From positions 1,888,001 through 1,952,000 of the forward strand of contig AP024596.1 in the NCBI GenBank assembly GCA_019704295.1: 64,000 nt of DNA. Direction: 5' to 3'. The position numbers were made by a program, and so were the translations under genes. The stretch is from Sulfolobales archaeon HS-7 (GTDB lineage: Archaea; Thermoproteota; Thermoprotei_A; Sulfolobales; Sulfolobaceae). This document shows positions 10,700-21,186 of the stretch, one piece after another. The notes under the pieces were generated by a model, which saw nothing but the letters and a program-made list of their open reading frames with translations, was not told the origin of the DNA and did not search any database. Position 1 is the first letter of the stretch. The number at the start of each line of letters is the position of its first letter.

Positions 10700-11116
10700 A
10701 TGGGTCTTCAAGCAATATTTGGAATAGTATTTGCTATTATATTCTATTTCATTAGTGTAGTAACTGTATTAGCTTCATACGGAAATCTGGAAGATAGTTA
10801 TACTGCTTTAGGAACGACATCAAACTATAGATGGGGTACAAATAGTAATTACGCGAGAGCCTTTGGAGTTATTGCTTTAGGTACCTCTATGATCTCCATG
10901 CTGCTTATATTAATTCACGGTCTATTCTTCGGACTTTACGGTCTTATAGCTATTGCAGACTTACTTTGTTTAATTCCTGCTGCTTTCGCCACTGCGTTGT
11001 CTACAAGATATAATCCATCGTTATTCCGCACTATCTTTAATCTAAGGTATACTGCAATATTCTCAATTACGCTATTAATATCTGCAATTATATACTTGTT
11101 TGTGATTTACGTTTAA
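10700..11116 (+). CDS. Hypothetical membrane protein (about 4 TM helices)
   Basis: Several long hydrophobic stretches; no family recognised. Confidence 0.65.
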   Translation: MGLQAIFGIVFAIIFYFISVVTVLASYGNLEDSYTALGTTSNYRWGTNSNYARAFGVIALGTSMISMLLILIHGLFFGLYGLIAIADLLCLIPAAFATALSTRYNPSLFRTIFNLRYTAIFSITLLISAIIYLFVIYV

Positions 11117-11492
11117 CGTATTCGCTGTATAATTTTTCAACTGTTTTACGATTAACCTTTTTGCCGTGTGGTCTTAACCCTCCACTAAAATTGGAGGGAA
11201 TGTGAAGCAATTCGTGAATCAAGACTTTAATTTTCTCATTCTTATCAAGTTGTTCAAATCTCGGATATACCAGTTCGATTACATATACGGGCGGAATATT
11301 ATAGGCCTTAATTATTGTTTTAGGTACAGTCCATATCCTAGCTAATGCCCTCGTTTTGGCTCCGTAAGATCGTATTACTCTCACTCTCTCTGGAACAATA
11401 TAATTAAGTTCTAACGTGCTAATTATATCTTTTATCTCCTCTGTAGTACTTTCGTCATTGGTATACTTAATAATTTTTGAACCCCGTTTCAC
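11088..11492 (-). CDS. Putative metallopeptidase (archaeal HExxH family)
   Basis: VLIHELLHIP..FSGGLRPH and ARIW motifs. Confidence 0.8.
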   Translation of the reverse strand: MKRGSKIIKYTNDESTTEEIKDIISTLELNYIVPERVRVIRSYGAKTRALARIWTVPKTIIKAYNIPPVYVIELVYPRFEQLDKNEKIKVLIHELLHIPSNFSGGLRPHGKKVNRKTVEKLYSEYVKRKSQTSI

Positions 11493-11515
11493 TTAAGACG
11501 ATTTGCTTTAATTTC

Positions 11516-11725
11516 TTAATAAGGAGCGTTTAGTTCGAAAATGAACTTCTTAGTGGTATAATTAACATTCTTTACGACTGTTTTTTCTCTTACCAAATCC
11601 GCTAATTTTTCCCTAAGATCTAGCAAGTTTACTCTTGGATCTATTTTTAGTGCGCATTCCTTAATTTCATCAAAGTACATTGGCCTTTTCTTCAAACATT
11701 CAAAGATGATCACTCTCGTGTCCAT
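11516..11725 (-). CDS. Small winged-helix-like hypothetical protein
   Basis: 69 aa; CLKKRPMYFDEIK...LREKLADLVREKTV pattern of a wHTH. Confidence 0.6.
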   Translation of the reverse strand: MDTRVIIFECLKKRPMYFDEIKECALKIDPRVNLLDLREKLADLVREKTVVKNVNYTTKKFIFELNAPY

Positions 11726-11899
11726 TTTACAGAACTATGTTAAACTCACAACTAATTTAATTTATCGTCAATCTGCGTCTTCAGAGTTAACGGCTGTGAA
11801 TAAATATACTTTACTTAAATAACTTATACTTCACCATATCTTAAGGGGTTGAGTTTATAATTATTCGTAATCGTTATAATAATTCCAAAATTATACCTA

Positions 11900-12865
11900 A
11901 GAACGTAATCCGAATATTCGGACTTAATAAGGAAAAGGAGGTTTAGGCGGAAAACGGAGAGAAGATAAGGAGATAAAGCAGCCCGTAAGAAAACCCTAGC
12001 GATGATATGCACCGTTTACAAGCGGTTAAGTCAAGCTGAGAACGGAGAGAAGGAAAGGTAAACTGTTAGAAGGAGAAGCTGAGAGTAGATCGAAAGGAAA
12101 AACTCGAGAAAATGTTGGTTAGAGGTCCAAGGGAAAGCGGATTAAAATGTTACTTCTCGATGCTTAAACTCGTTTCAAGAGGGGAAATTTATGCGAAGTA
12201 TGATAAGGAGGGGTTATCTTATAAGGGTGGAAGAGGAGAGATTAACCAGAGGAGGTTAACCAGTATAGGTAGGAATACCCTGAGTGAATGTTACGTTAGT
12301 AATTCCATAAAGTTCTTGTTGATTAAAATAACGTAAAATCAGACAAAAATAAGGTACAGACCTATTGGAAATACTAATGCGTTTATCCTTCTTAACACTT
12401 AATAAGCGTAAAGTCCGAGGATGTTATATTTAGGGAGGGCGAGTAAGTGAAATCAAAAGCTAGTTGTTAGCACGGATAACGCGTCGTAGAGGGAAAGTTA
12501 GGGATTTCCTGAAAGAGGACGCCGTTAATGCTTATACTTTCCTCCATACTCTCAAGAGTCCCTAGGGGAACCTTTGCGGTATTTAAGGAGAGCCTCCTCC
12601 CGAAAGTCCGCGTGGAATTTGAGTAGTTTTAGTAAAAGACGAATAGATTCCTTCGCTAAAACGGGAAGGTGGTAAGGAACCTTTAGTATACCATACCAAG
12701 GAACAGCGAAACCTGGACAACGTTGTTACGTGAAGTTCCATCGCTCTTTTAATAGTTTAAGATGATATAAAAAGGTGCCTTAAAAATACGATAAACCTCA
12801 AACACAGAATCCCGTAATACACTAGAAATTATAACCGTAATAATAAAGTCTTTTTCGGACTCTCC
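11900..12865 (+). pseudogene. Decayed transposase-like / IS remnant region
   Basis: About 1 kb with no intact gene. It holds purine-rich coding-like fragments broken by stops and frameshifts (KEDAVNAYTFLHTLKS..., KTNRFLR.NGKVVRNL) and recurrent TTCGGACT/AGTCCGA end-like motifs. Family not identified. Confidence 0.45.
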
Positions 12866-12990
12866 AATAATGCACTTAATTTTATAAACTAAATCACCGT
12901 CTATTCTTCACAATTTATTAGGTTTAAATTCATTAAATTTATAGATATGGAAATAGTATAGATATCTGTGAAAAAATGGAGGTTGTGAAA

Positions 12991-13026
12991 ATGAGTCCAC
13001 CAAGCGATTGTGACGATGGCGACTAA
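12991..13026 (+). CDS. Putative 11-aa peptide MSPPSDCDDGD (16 aa if started at the in-frame ATG 12976)
   Basis: GGAGGT SD at 12978-12983, 7 nt before the ATG. TATA-like TTTATAGA at 12938-12945. A GC-richer island in an AT-rich intergenic gap. Confidence 0.5.
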   Translation: MSPPSDCDDGD

Positions 13027-13068
13027 AGGTTTATTAATGAGATTATAATATGTTATTTTTGGTATTAA

Positions 13069-14106
13069 ATGAAAGCTTTTTGGGGGGGCCAGTTCTTATC
13101 ATATTTGGTTAAGCTCGGAGATGTAGATGAGGAGTTACTTGCCTTGGTAGCAGGAAAGTATATAAGCGAGGACTTATTGAAATACCTAAAGTACACATAC
13201 GACCTCAAGCTATATCCTATAATAAATAGAGAGGTAGTAGGCCTTTCGGAGGTTATGATTCAAGCTAATGTTTCCCAAAAAGTGTCTTTGTTTGATATCT
13301 ATTACGCGTTTAACGAATATCCCATATTGATAGTAAGGGACGTAGTGGAGCAGAGAAAAGCAATTATTGACATGGTCGTTCCTCGTGGTTCTGGAGAATA
13401 CATAAAGTCATTAGAGTATGGCTTGAAAATGGGGATATTCCAGTCATATAACATATACTCTGTTAGCGATAAGGTGTTATATCCTCCAGATTTTTCCATG
13501 TTTGACTTTGAAGAAAATTTCTTCAAGGTTGGCACTTCTGATAAAAGGGTCGGCATAAAAGTCAACGACACCTTATTAGATATTATCCCAGATATAGAGG
13601 ACGTGACTCTTATAGGACTAAAGCAGACGAAAGGAAAAATTACGTTGAAGGATATGGCTGAGATAACAGGTTTGCCATTCGAAGAAGTTAGAAGACATTG
13701 GCAGGAACATTGTTCACTTATTGTATCCGGATATAGAATAAACTTAAAACTTCAGGACAAAATTATGGTGAACTTATTGATACCTGAAGGGGAAATCTCG
13801 GACGAGATAACGAAGATACCAATCTTGACAACTGCGACGTTTACGAGGAATGGAATGGTATGGTTAAAATTTACAGCACAAGCTAAAAACATTTACGAGT
13901 ATCTTAATATGATAAACAAAGCGATAAAAGATGTAGACACGGAGTTTGAAATATATTTATCACCTACGCATCCTCAATACGAATATAATTTCACTGCATC
14001 AATACCTTACACTCGATACCTAGGTAATAGAAAGTGGAGGTATGACCTAGAGAAATCTAGGGCTTATTTAGACAGTTTACACGAGAAACTTGCAATAAGG
14101 AACTAG
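13069..14106 (+). CDS. Hypothetical protein with a tandem Lrp/AsnC-like (NirDL/AhbAB-like) architecture
   Basis: Internal HTH DIEDVTLIGLKQ...ITLKDMAEITGLPFEEVRRHWQEH followed by GYRINL. The N-terminal half has YPIINREVVGL resembling the AsnC linker. Each half ends in an aromatic motif (PPDFSMFDFE / IPYTRY..KW). Confidence 0.6.
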   Translation: MKAFWGGQFLSYLVKLGDVDEELLALVAGKYISEDLLKYLKYTYDLKLYPIINREVVGLSEVMIQANVSQKVSLFDIYYAFNEYPILIVRDVVEQRKAIIDMVVPRGSGEYIKSLEYGLKMGIFQSYNIYSVSDKVLYPPDFSMFDFEENFFKVGTSDKRVGIKVNDTLLDIIPDIEDVTLIGLKQTKGKITLKDMAEITGLPFEEVRRHWQEHCSLIVSGYRINLKLQDKIMVNLLIPEGEISDEITKIPILTTATFTRNGMVWLKFTAQAKNIYEYLNMINKAIKDVDTEFEIYLSPTHPQYEYNFTASIPYTRYLGNRKWRYDLEKSRAYLDSLHEKLAIRN

Positions 14107-14125
14107 AAAATTTTGTAAAGTCTGT

Positions 14126-15094
14126 CTACTTATTTTCATGAGCGCCCTGTTCACACCCTTCGTATATTTTCAGGACAGCTTCAAGGTCTCTTCTGGCAAT
14201 GTAGGGATCCATTGGAACTGTTTTTCCTTTTTCAACTGCGTCAATGAAGCCCTCAATCTCCCTTACTACAGGGTTCATTTTCTCCACTACAATCCTCTCT
14301 CCGTTAAAAATGAGATCACCAAAAGGTTTTCCCGCTTCTCTAGACTTAGGATCTTCTACGATCGTTCCTTTCTCACCGTAGATTTCAAATGCTGGTACAG
14401 GAGGAGGGTTTCGTGCGGCCCAAGAGTAGGTTAACATACCAAGATAATCGCCGAAGTCGAAAATAGCTCCAGAAGTGTCTTCGCCCTCAATTCCTGCGAA
14501 AGTTCTCTTGCACATTCCTTTTACTTCTTTATACTCTCCTCCTAAGTTAAGCATTGTATCGACGAAGTGAATTCCTCCGTCGATAAGTGACCCGTTACCC
14601 ATCATTTCGTAATTCGTTCTCCACCCTTTCACTTTGTTTAGTCTCAAATCCCTAACAAGTATCAGGGATAACGGTTTTATCTTTTCGATTAACTCCTTAG
14701 CCTTCCAAACTGACGTATCGAAGTAAAAATTTTCTAAAACCATAAACTTTACTTTTTTCTCATTCGCTGTGGAAATTAAAGCGTCAGCCTCTTGTAAGTT
14801 CCTTGCTATTGGCTTCTCTAACATGACGTGTTTCCCTGAATTGATTGCCTCTAACCCCATTCTCATATGTTCGTCATGACTAACTACGAGGTCTATTATG
14901 TTAACTTCGGATTCTAAAACTGAGTCGAATTTAGTGAAATATCCTTTTGCCTGAAACTCTTTCATACAGTTTTTAGCTGCCGTTTCATCTCTACTGAAAA
15001 CGTATACCTCTATATCTTTCCTTTTCCTTATATCGGATAAGGCTCGTAGGTGGACTGTTCCGAATCCCCTACAACCTACAACAGCTATTTTCAT
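14126..15094 (-). CDS. Gfo/Idh/MocA family oxidoreductase
   Basis: VVGCRGFG Rossmann loop, LEKPIA and DGGIHFVD. Confidence 0.92.
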   Translation of the reverse strand: MKIAVVGCRGFGTVHLRALSDIRKRKDIEVYVFSRDETAAKNCMKEFQAKGYFTKFDSVLESEVNIIDLVVSHDEHMRMGLEAINSGKHVMLEKPIARNLQEADALISTANEKKVKFMVLENFYFDTSVWKAKELIEKIKPLSLILVRDLRLNKVKGWRTNYEMMGNGSLIDGGIHFVDTMLNLGGEYKEVKGMCKRTFAGIEGEDTSGAIFDFGDYLGMLTYSWAARNPPPVPAFEIYGEKGTIVEDPKSREAGKPFGDLIFNGERIVVEKMNPVVREIEGFIDAVEKGKTVPMDPYIARRDLEAVLKIYEGCEQGAHENK

Positions 15095-15469
15095 GAGGGA
15101 ATTTGTAACTTTAAGAATTTAAGATTATTAATTAAGAGAACCGCAGGAATTTTCACATTAATGTCTTAGACAACTACGCTCATAATGAGACTTATTTATC
15201 GCGCCTCGTTAACTCATGATTAGAGATAACATATTCAGTAAACGCTAGCATTCCCTTTCCCGAGTTTTAGAAGTCCACATAGTGTCCCATAATAGCAATG
15301 ACGTTCAATATTAATCTCTAATGTAATTCACGCCAGGATCCACTATTTCCGTCTTATATTCAATATACTCTTTCTCGTAAATACCTTAACTCTACTTGAC
15401 GCTAAAATTTCGTGAACGTAAATCAGAGTTGAACTCTAGCTTAATTTGGTATGAGGAAGAAATGTGTAA

Positions 15470-16180
15470 ATGAACTACGAAGTTCTTATGTGTCCGAGAT
15501 GCGGGGGTGATGTTAAGATCGAAAAAGATAGAGTGGTTTGCATCTTATGTAAAAGGGAATACGCCTTCGTTAATGGCGTATTAGACATGCTGGAGGATAA
15601 GGTATCATGGATCGGATTCTTCGAGAGGCATCCTAGATTTTACGATGTATGGTCTAATGCAGGCTGGTTCCTGTTTAATGGTAGAAAATACTCTTCGTTA
15701 ATTAAGGATGTACTTGAGGGATTCAATAAGGGTATTCTTCTCGACGCAGCTACAGGTACAGGGGCTGTTCTCAGATCGTTAATGAGCGACAGTGGTATTG
15801 GAATTGATCTGTCCCTTCCAATGTTAACTTATGCGAAGAGCAAGGTAAAATCGTTATTAATACGAGGCAGTATAGAAAAACTTCCAATAAAGTCAGAGTC
15901 AATAGATTTTTACACTTGTAATATGGCTTTGCACATACTGAACGATAAGAGTAAAGTATTTGCCGAGATGTCGAGAGTTCTAAAGAAGGGGGGTATTGCT
16001 TCCGTGAGCGTAATAACAAAGGATAATTTGAAGGGGAGTATAATGTCCCGTGCTTTTGGGTTAAAGGATTACTCGGAAAATGATTACATTAACACCGCTT
16101 CAAATGAAGGTTTAACTCTATACAAGAGGAAAAGGGTAGGTCCTGTATCCGTTATAAAGTTTTATAAGGGTAATAGTTAA
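15470..16180 (+). CDS. Class I SAM methyltransferase with N-terminal Trm112-like zinc ribbon
   Basis: CPRCGG...CILC, LLDAATGTG, GIDLS..ML and EMSRVLKKGG. Confidence 0.88.
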   Translation: MNYEVLMCPRCGGDVKIEKDRVVCILCKREYAFVNGVLDMLEDKVSWIGFFERHPRFYDVWSNAGWFLFNGRKYSSLIKDVLEGFNKGILLDAATGTGAVLRSLMSDSGIGIDLSLPMLTYAKSKVKSLLIRGSIEKLPIKSESIDFYTCNMALHILNDKSKVFAEMSRVLKKGGIASVSVITKDNLKGSIMSRAFGLKDYSENDYINTASNEGLTLYKRKRVGPVSVIKFYKGNS

Positions 16181-16276
16181 GGGTCGTCTTAATTAGTGTT
16201 AAACCTCTAGTTTAGCAAACTTTATACAAATAAGAGTAATTTGAAAGAGGTAAAAGAACTAATGCTTAAATACATT

Positions 16277-16675
16277 TTATTGAATTTTCTTTATTTCTAT
16301 TTCGATCTCTTTAGAAAAGTTATCGAACCATCTCTCTATAAAAAAAACTCCAGATATTTTTTCCATCCAACCTTCGTAGCTAAAGAGCGTAACAATTTCA
16401 TGTTCGTCGACTTCAAAAGTTAGCTCTCCCCTTCCCGTTTTCCCACCGGTTGTTAATGTAAATGAATATTTTATGGTATTATTAGACAGTTCCTTATAAA
16501 TATTAAGAGTGAATTTCATACCTAAGAACTTACCTGACCCTTTATACCCATTCCCTATGCCTTCAATCTCTTTTACCGGGGGGAAAAGCTTTGGGAAAAC
16601 GTAATCGACTTCGCTAATTTTTTCCATGACTAATTCTCTAGGTGCTTGATATGAAAATCTGTATTCCTTTTTCAT
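16277..16675 (-). CDS. START/SRPBCC-fold protein (DUF3211/STK_08120-like lipid binder)
   Basis: APRELVMEKIS..DYVFPKLFPPVKEI N-terminus, beta-rich core and C-terminal helix. Confidence 0.6.
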   Translation of the reverse strand: MKKEYRFSYQAPRELVMEKISEVDYVFPKLFPPVKEIEGIGNGYKGSGKFLGMKFTLNIYKELSNNTIKYSFTLTTGGKTGRGELTFEVDEHEIVTLFSYEGWMEKISGVFFIERWFDNFSKEIEIEIKKIQ

Positions 16676-16696
16676 TACGTTCTCACGTTATTTCTA

Positions 16697-17503
16697 CTAT
16701 CCGCGTTCCTCTTGTGCTCTAGAAATTTTCGGAAGAGTAATATTATCTATAGATATCTCATATGCTGAAATATCGACCTTACCCTTTTCTAGAAATAGTT
16801 TACCTAATGCAGTCTCACCGGTGTAAATTTCTCCTCCCCTCCGCATCATGTTCTTTTTAAGTTCTCCGTTGATAATAGTTGCATTAAATTGGAATCTCTC
16901 TCCCTTCATTGTAACAACGCCTATCTCTATCTGGGAAATAAATTCCTTCATTTTCTGAATTGCCAGTTCAATTTCTCCCGTATATTTCCCTATTTCAATA
17001 AGTTCTAATCCCTGTGATTCTGATGTGAAGAAGAATTGGTAGTAGGGGACTATATGCGCATCTACCATGTGCTGGGCTAGCTGGAACTGAGACTTACCAA
17101 AGAGCTTTTCGAGAGTGCTACTTTGATAAGTTACGTCCAAGCTCAATTTCAGAATAGTTTCGGCAGAAAACTCCTTTGCATATACGTTTAGTTTCCACCT
17201 GAATTTATCGTCGTCAGACCATCCCGTAACCTCAATTCCGTTCGAGTTGATATACGGACCTTTCATTATCCCTAAGGTCTCGCTCATCTTAGTCTCTGGA
17301 GTTCCGAAAATGTAAATTACCCTAAAATCGTCCCTTACTGGACTAACCAATTCATTCGGGGACACGTATTTCCTTTTTGACGAATCGTATATTTGGAGGA
17401 GCTGCACGTGACCCAATATGCCCGCTATTTTGAAAGGGTCTGTAAAGTCTTTTAGAACTCTAACCTTACTAGCTTGTACTCTGATTTCCTTATCATATAA
17501 CAT
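16697..17503 (-). CDS. Hypothetical protein with SRPBCC-like N-terminal domain
   Basis: MLYDKEIRV...KDFTDPFKIAGILGHV. The ORF-track extension to 17629 comes from the MITE, so the real start is probably 17503. Confidence 0.6.
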   Translation of the reverse strand: MLYDKEIRVQASKVRVLKDFTDPFKIAGILGHVQLLQIYDSSKRKYVSPNELVSPVRDDFRVIYIFGTPETKMSETLGIMKGPYINSNGIEVTGWSDDDKFRWKLNVYAKEFSAETILKLSLDVTYQSSTLEKLFGKSQFQLAQHMVDAHIVPYYQFFFTSESQGLELIEIGKYTGEIELAIQKMKEFISQIEIGVVTMKGERFQFNATIINGELKKNMMRRGGEIYTGETALGKLFLEKGKVDISAYEISIDNITLPKISRAQEERG

Positions 17504-17573
17504 TATTGCTCTAGAGGAACATAATATCGATAACTTAAAAGCTTTATAAGAATTTTTTTTCTTTTTTTCTGTG

Positions 17574-17733
17574 TGGCCGTTTACACTTGATTGCAAATTC
17601 AGTTTATTTAGAAAGTAGGATAAATTCAATTGAATGCGATCGTATTGACTGGTAGAGATAGGTGTTTAACTATTTCCTTTATTCAATCCCTATTTGCTAT
17701 AATTACAATTAGCAATGGAAACCTGAATCGCCC
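17574..17733. mobile_element. 160-bp MITE, copy 1
   Basis: Homologous in inverted orientation to 30471-30630. Imperfect ~27-bp TIRs and a perfect 6-bp target-site duplication TCTGTG (17568-17573 and 17734-17739). Confidence 0.85.
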
Positions 17734-17869
17734 TCTGTGCAGTATATGTCTATATATTAAGAGATAAAATTAGATCAAGTTATGTGTTACTAAAAGCTAC
17801 TATTTAGGTTAGAGGCCTGAGTGGCTCATATTGGCTGTTAGTAATTATATAGAGCTGTGAAGTGTCAAA

Positions 17870-18991
17870 CTATGATGTCTTTATACATTCGAGTATCTCA
17901 TCAAAACTTTTGCTTGTCTTAAAACCCAACTCGTCAAAGTGAGTTCTAGAGGCTTTTCCTAAACACTCTATAAATTTTTCCATCTTAGGTAGATTTACTT
18001 TCCTTTTTGATGCTAAGGACGTTAAATTCCAATAGTGAGTAGTTTGATAAGGCATCTCTTGTAGTATCATCTGCATAAATTTCTTCACCCTATTAAATGT
18101 ATACAAATACTGAAAACTTCCTAAATTAGCATAAAACTGTTCTATAATAGAGTTTTCCCATAAACTACCAAGCCAAAGTGGACCTGCAATAATGGTCTTG
18201 CCATTACATCTAGGACAACTCCCTATTCTATTCTTTTCAACCACAGCAAAACCACATACACTGCATTCTATATAAAACCCAACGTTATCGAGGAGAGAGT
18301 CCGCGAGTTTAGCACCCCTTTTAATATTTAATATTACCCTAAAGTAATGATCTCTAAAAAATGCAAATATAGGTCTTGCAGCTAAATCTAGACTTGCCGC
18401 CTCCTGAATTATCTTATAGATTAATATTCGTACTCCTGCTTCTTTATTGAAAGAGAGCTTCTGATTCTCCCCTATATATTTTCTCTTGCATGCATTAGGT
18501 GCACTGCCCATTAAGGGAGAAAGATCGGTAGCAGTCACCGCAAGATAACCGTTATTCCTGATCGCATTTAGTGAAGGTATTAGAAAGGGGACTGGACTTC
18601 CAAATGGATCTAGATCGACTAACTGCGCAGTAATCGAGTAAAGTACACTACTAGCATCACCGTTGGTTATTACCGCGTTAATATGATTTTTCCTAGAATT
18701 CTGGTTCATGAGAGATACTGCTAATGGATTAATATCATTGAGAAACAGAGACTCAACGCCAGCCTCTAACTGATATCTTATACCCCTTACACCTGAAGCC
18801 GCTAAGGGTTCCGCGCATTCCTTTACCTTTAGAAGAGAAGTAATAATAACTGAGACATCCCTGTTAAACACCATCTTGGGGTTATAAAATACAGGCAGCC
18901 AAGCAGGATCAAACTTTCCGTCTTTTTCATATGCCTTTGGGTCTGGTACCAATAGTTTAGCTTTACCTTCAGTTATTTCTATGAGATTCAT
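17870..18991 (-). CDS. trm1: tRNA (guanine-26,N2)-dimethyltransferase
   Basis: VFYNPKMVFNRD, SGVRGIRY, DLDPFGSP, VTATD, CxxC zinc finger and SRTHF. Confidence 0.95.
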   Translation of the reverse strand: MNLIEITEGKAKLLVPDPKAYEKDGKFDPAWLPVFYNPKMVFNRDVSVIITSLLKVKECAEPLAASGVRGIRYQLEAGVESLFLNDINPLAVSLMNQNSRKNHINAVITNGDASSVLYSITAQLVDLDPFGSPVPFLIPSLNAIRNNGYLAVTATDLSPLMGSAPNACKRKYIGENQKLSFNKEAGVRILIYKIIQEAASLDLAARPIFAFFRDHYFRVILNIKRGAKLADSLLDNVGFYIECSVCGFAVVEKNRIGSCPRCNGKTIIAGPLWLGSLWENSIIEQFYANLGSFQYLYTFNRVKKFMQMILQEMPYQTTHYWNLTSLASKRKVNLPKMEKFIECLGKASRTHFDELGFKTSKSFDEILECIKTS

Positions 18992-19877
18992 TAATGACCT
19001 CTGGAATTTTAGACAATTCGGAACTCATTAAAACTTCTTTCCCTTTTCTCCTCGCTTCCTCTGCAACGTTTTGGGAATCGGCTATAACTATCATTAAACC
19101 CTTTATATTTTCAGCTATTTTTTCAGACTCATTAATCTTCTTAAATATCTTACCCTCTTTATCCTCCCTAGTAAGAAATATAGTGTTTTCTCTATATTTT
19201 GATATAAAATCTACAGGCGTTCTCCTCAAATCCGTGGTCGGTATTCCCATTTCATTTAATTGCCTGGCAATCTTGCTAGTTGTATTAACTTCTAATTTTT
19301 CGGAACTTTGATAGTCAGTAGGTCCTGCTAAGATCGACTCTCCTAATACCTCTACTAGTTTCTCGGCGACGTTAACGGCAACACATACTATTGTTTGATT
19401 TTCGTATTCATATATAGATTTACTTGTAACTCCAACCTCCTCTGCAAGTTTTCCCCTACTTATTCCCAGTTTTTCCCTTTCTCTTTTTAACTCAACTGAG
19501 TTAATTCTGACGAAAATATTGCCCTTTTTTCTCACAAAGAACAATTTCTCGCCATTTACCGCTCTATTTAATCCCTCAGTAGATATGGCGTTAATTCCAC
19601 TTTTTTCAAGAATTACGTCGTCACCGACTATCTCCTCTGCTACTACTAGAGGCGTGGTATTAGTGGCAATTGATAATTTCTTTAAATCGCTAATTTCCTC
19701 TATATCTACTTTGTCAATTTTTGATACAGCCTTTATCGCAACTTTTTCGTTGTCCTTACTGGCAACTATATCTATAGACTTCTTCCCACCATCAGGATAC
19801 TCGATTCTGCTTATCGAGAACCTATTGCTTTTCATTATCGTTTCTACATCATCTAATAGGCGTTCGACTCCCTTCAT
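18969..19877 (-). CDS. Archaeal HTH transcriptional regulator (COG1395 type: nuclease-like domain plus Cro/C1 HTH)
   Basis: SIDIVASK...AIK and LKREREKLGISRGKLAEEVGVTSKSIYEYE. Confidence 0.85.
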   Translation of the reverse strand: MKGVERLLDDVETIMKSNRFSISRIEYPDGGKKSIDIVASKDNEKVAIKAVSKIDKVDIEEISDLKKLSIATNTTPLVVAEEIVGDDVILEKSGINAISTEGLNRAVNGEKLFFVRKKGNIFVRINSVELKREREKLGISRGKLAEEVGVTSKSIYEYENQTIVCVAVNVAEKLVEVLGESILAGPTDYQSSEKLEVNTTSKIARQLNEMGIPTTDLRRTPVDFISKYRENTIFLTREDKEGKIFKKINESEKIAENIKGLMIVIADSQNVAEEARRKGKEVLMSSELSKIPEVINESHRNN

Positions 19878-20508
19878 CTCTCAGACTAACTAAAATTATG
19901 ATACTTTTTCCTTTTAAAGATTTTGAATGATATCAATATTTTAGCACATTTATTTGGACTAACAGGTCGATTCCAAGAAAGGTGAACTATGCACTTATCA
20001 GTAGATCAAAAGTAGTTTATCCTTTTAAATGCTTAGAATATTAATGATAAAAATAATTTGTGTTACGAAATAAATATGTGGTAAAAAGCTTAAGCAAGGT
20101 TTCTCGTATTACCTTATAAGAGGCAGGAAAGGATTCCGCTGGAATTTCATGGTGGCCTACGGAGGCAAACAGATTCTAGGGTTTACTATGATCTGACTCT
20201 AACAGAGAATAAGGCCAAGATTATTGGCGATAACTTAACACACAATTCTATAAACTTACGGCCCTTTCCTGAGTTTTGGGAACTTTACAGTACTAAATGA
20301 CAAGGCAATTGAGGGTTTTTTAATTCCAACCAGCTTATTATAATAGCATTTATCGCGATTTACGTGAAATTCGGGAAACATTGTTAAGAATTACTTACGA
20401 ACGTCTACTAAATTCTCGATCCGTTAGGAGGACGTATAAAAAGGTAAGGAGTTAAATAGAGTAATTCAGGGAAAAAAGCTAAATCCTCTCCAAGATGTGT
20501 TATTTCTT

Positions 20509-21186
20509 CTACACCTGATTATTTAATCTGTATCTAGATAAAATATCATTTATTATTGACGTTGTACTTGAGTGCTTCCACTTATCAAACCTCTCAGGTA
20601 CTCTGACTATTTGCGCGTGTATTCCGCTTTCCTTTAATCTAACACTTAGTTTCTCCTCGTCGATACTCTGATCCGGACCTAACACTATAACATCAGGCTT
20701 TACCATCTCTACGCTTTTGAATATGTCATTTTTATCTCCTAAGAAAGCTTCATGAACGTACCTGATGGAGGCTATTACTTGCAATCTTTCTTGTTCGGTG
20801 TTTATTGGATGTCTTTTTTTGAACTTCTGTACATTCGCATCCCTAGCTACCGCTACGTAAACTCTTCCGTATTTCGACGCTTCCCTTAGGAACTCTATAT
20901 GCCCTGGGTGAATAATATCGAAAGTACCTCCTACAAACACCTTCTTTGAAACATTTGATTCAGGATCTATAGATTGAGAAATAAGTAACGCATCAAGTAA
21001 ACCTTCGGCATAAGCTATATCCACTAATGCGGTATCTAATTCGCCTTTCTCCAGATAGTATTTAGCGTCGTCCTTATAGTTACGAATTAATGATAATATC
21101 TTTTCATTAACTCCTTGGGGGATATTGTTTAGCTTCCTTTCTATTCCAATTATATACTTCCTTACTCTTTCCTCTTCTAAAGACAT
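20509..21186 (-). CDS. ribL: DUF357 / FAD synthase (cytidyltransferase-like) fusion
   Basis: N-terminal [12 protein letters not shown]...[10 protein letters not shown] (DUF357). C-terminal [21 protein letters not shown] and SSTTSII. Confidence 0.85.
   Translation of the reverse strand: MSLEEERVRKYIIGIERKLNNIPQGVNEKILSLIRNYKDDAKYYLEKGELDTALVDIAYAEGLLDALLISQSIDPESNVSKKVFVGGTFDIIHPGHIEFLREASKYGRVYVAVARDANVQKFKKRHPINTEQERLQVIASIRYVHEAFLGDKNDIFKSVEMVKPDVIVLGPDQSIDEEKLSVRLKESGIHAQIVRVPERFDKWKHSSTTSIINDILSRYRLNNQV

Noticed and set aside
20090-20300. Coding-like fragment (YYLIRGRKGFRWNFMVAYGG)
   Set aside because: Possibly a transposase relic, but there is no second copy in the window and no family I can name.
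20509-21186. DUF357-RibL fusion as a novelty
   Set aside because: As I recall, this fusion is common in Sulfolobales.
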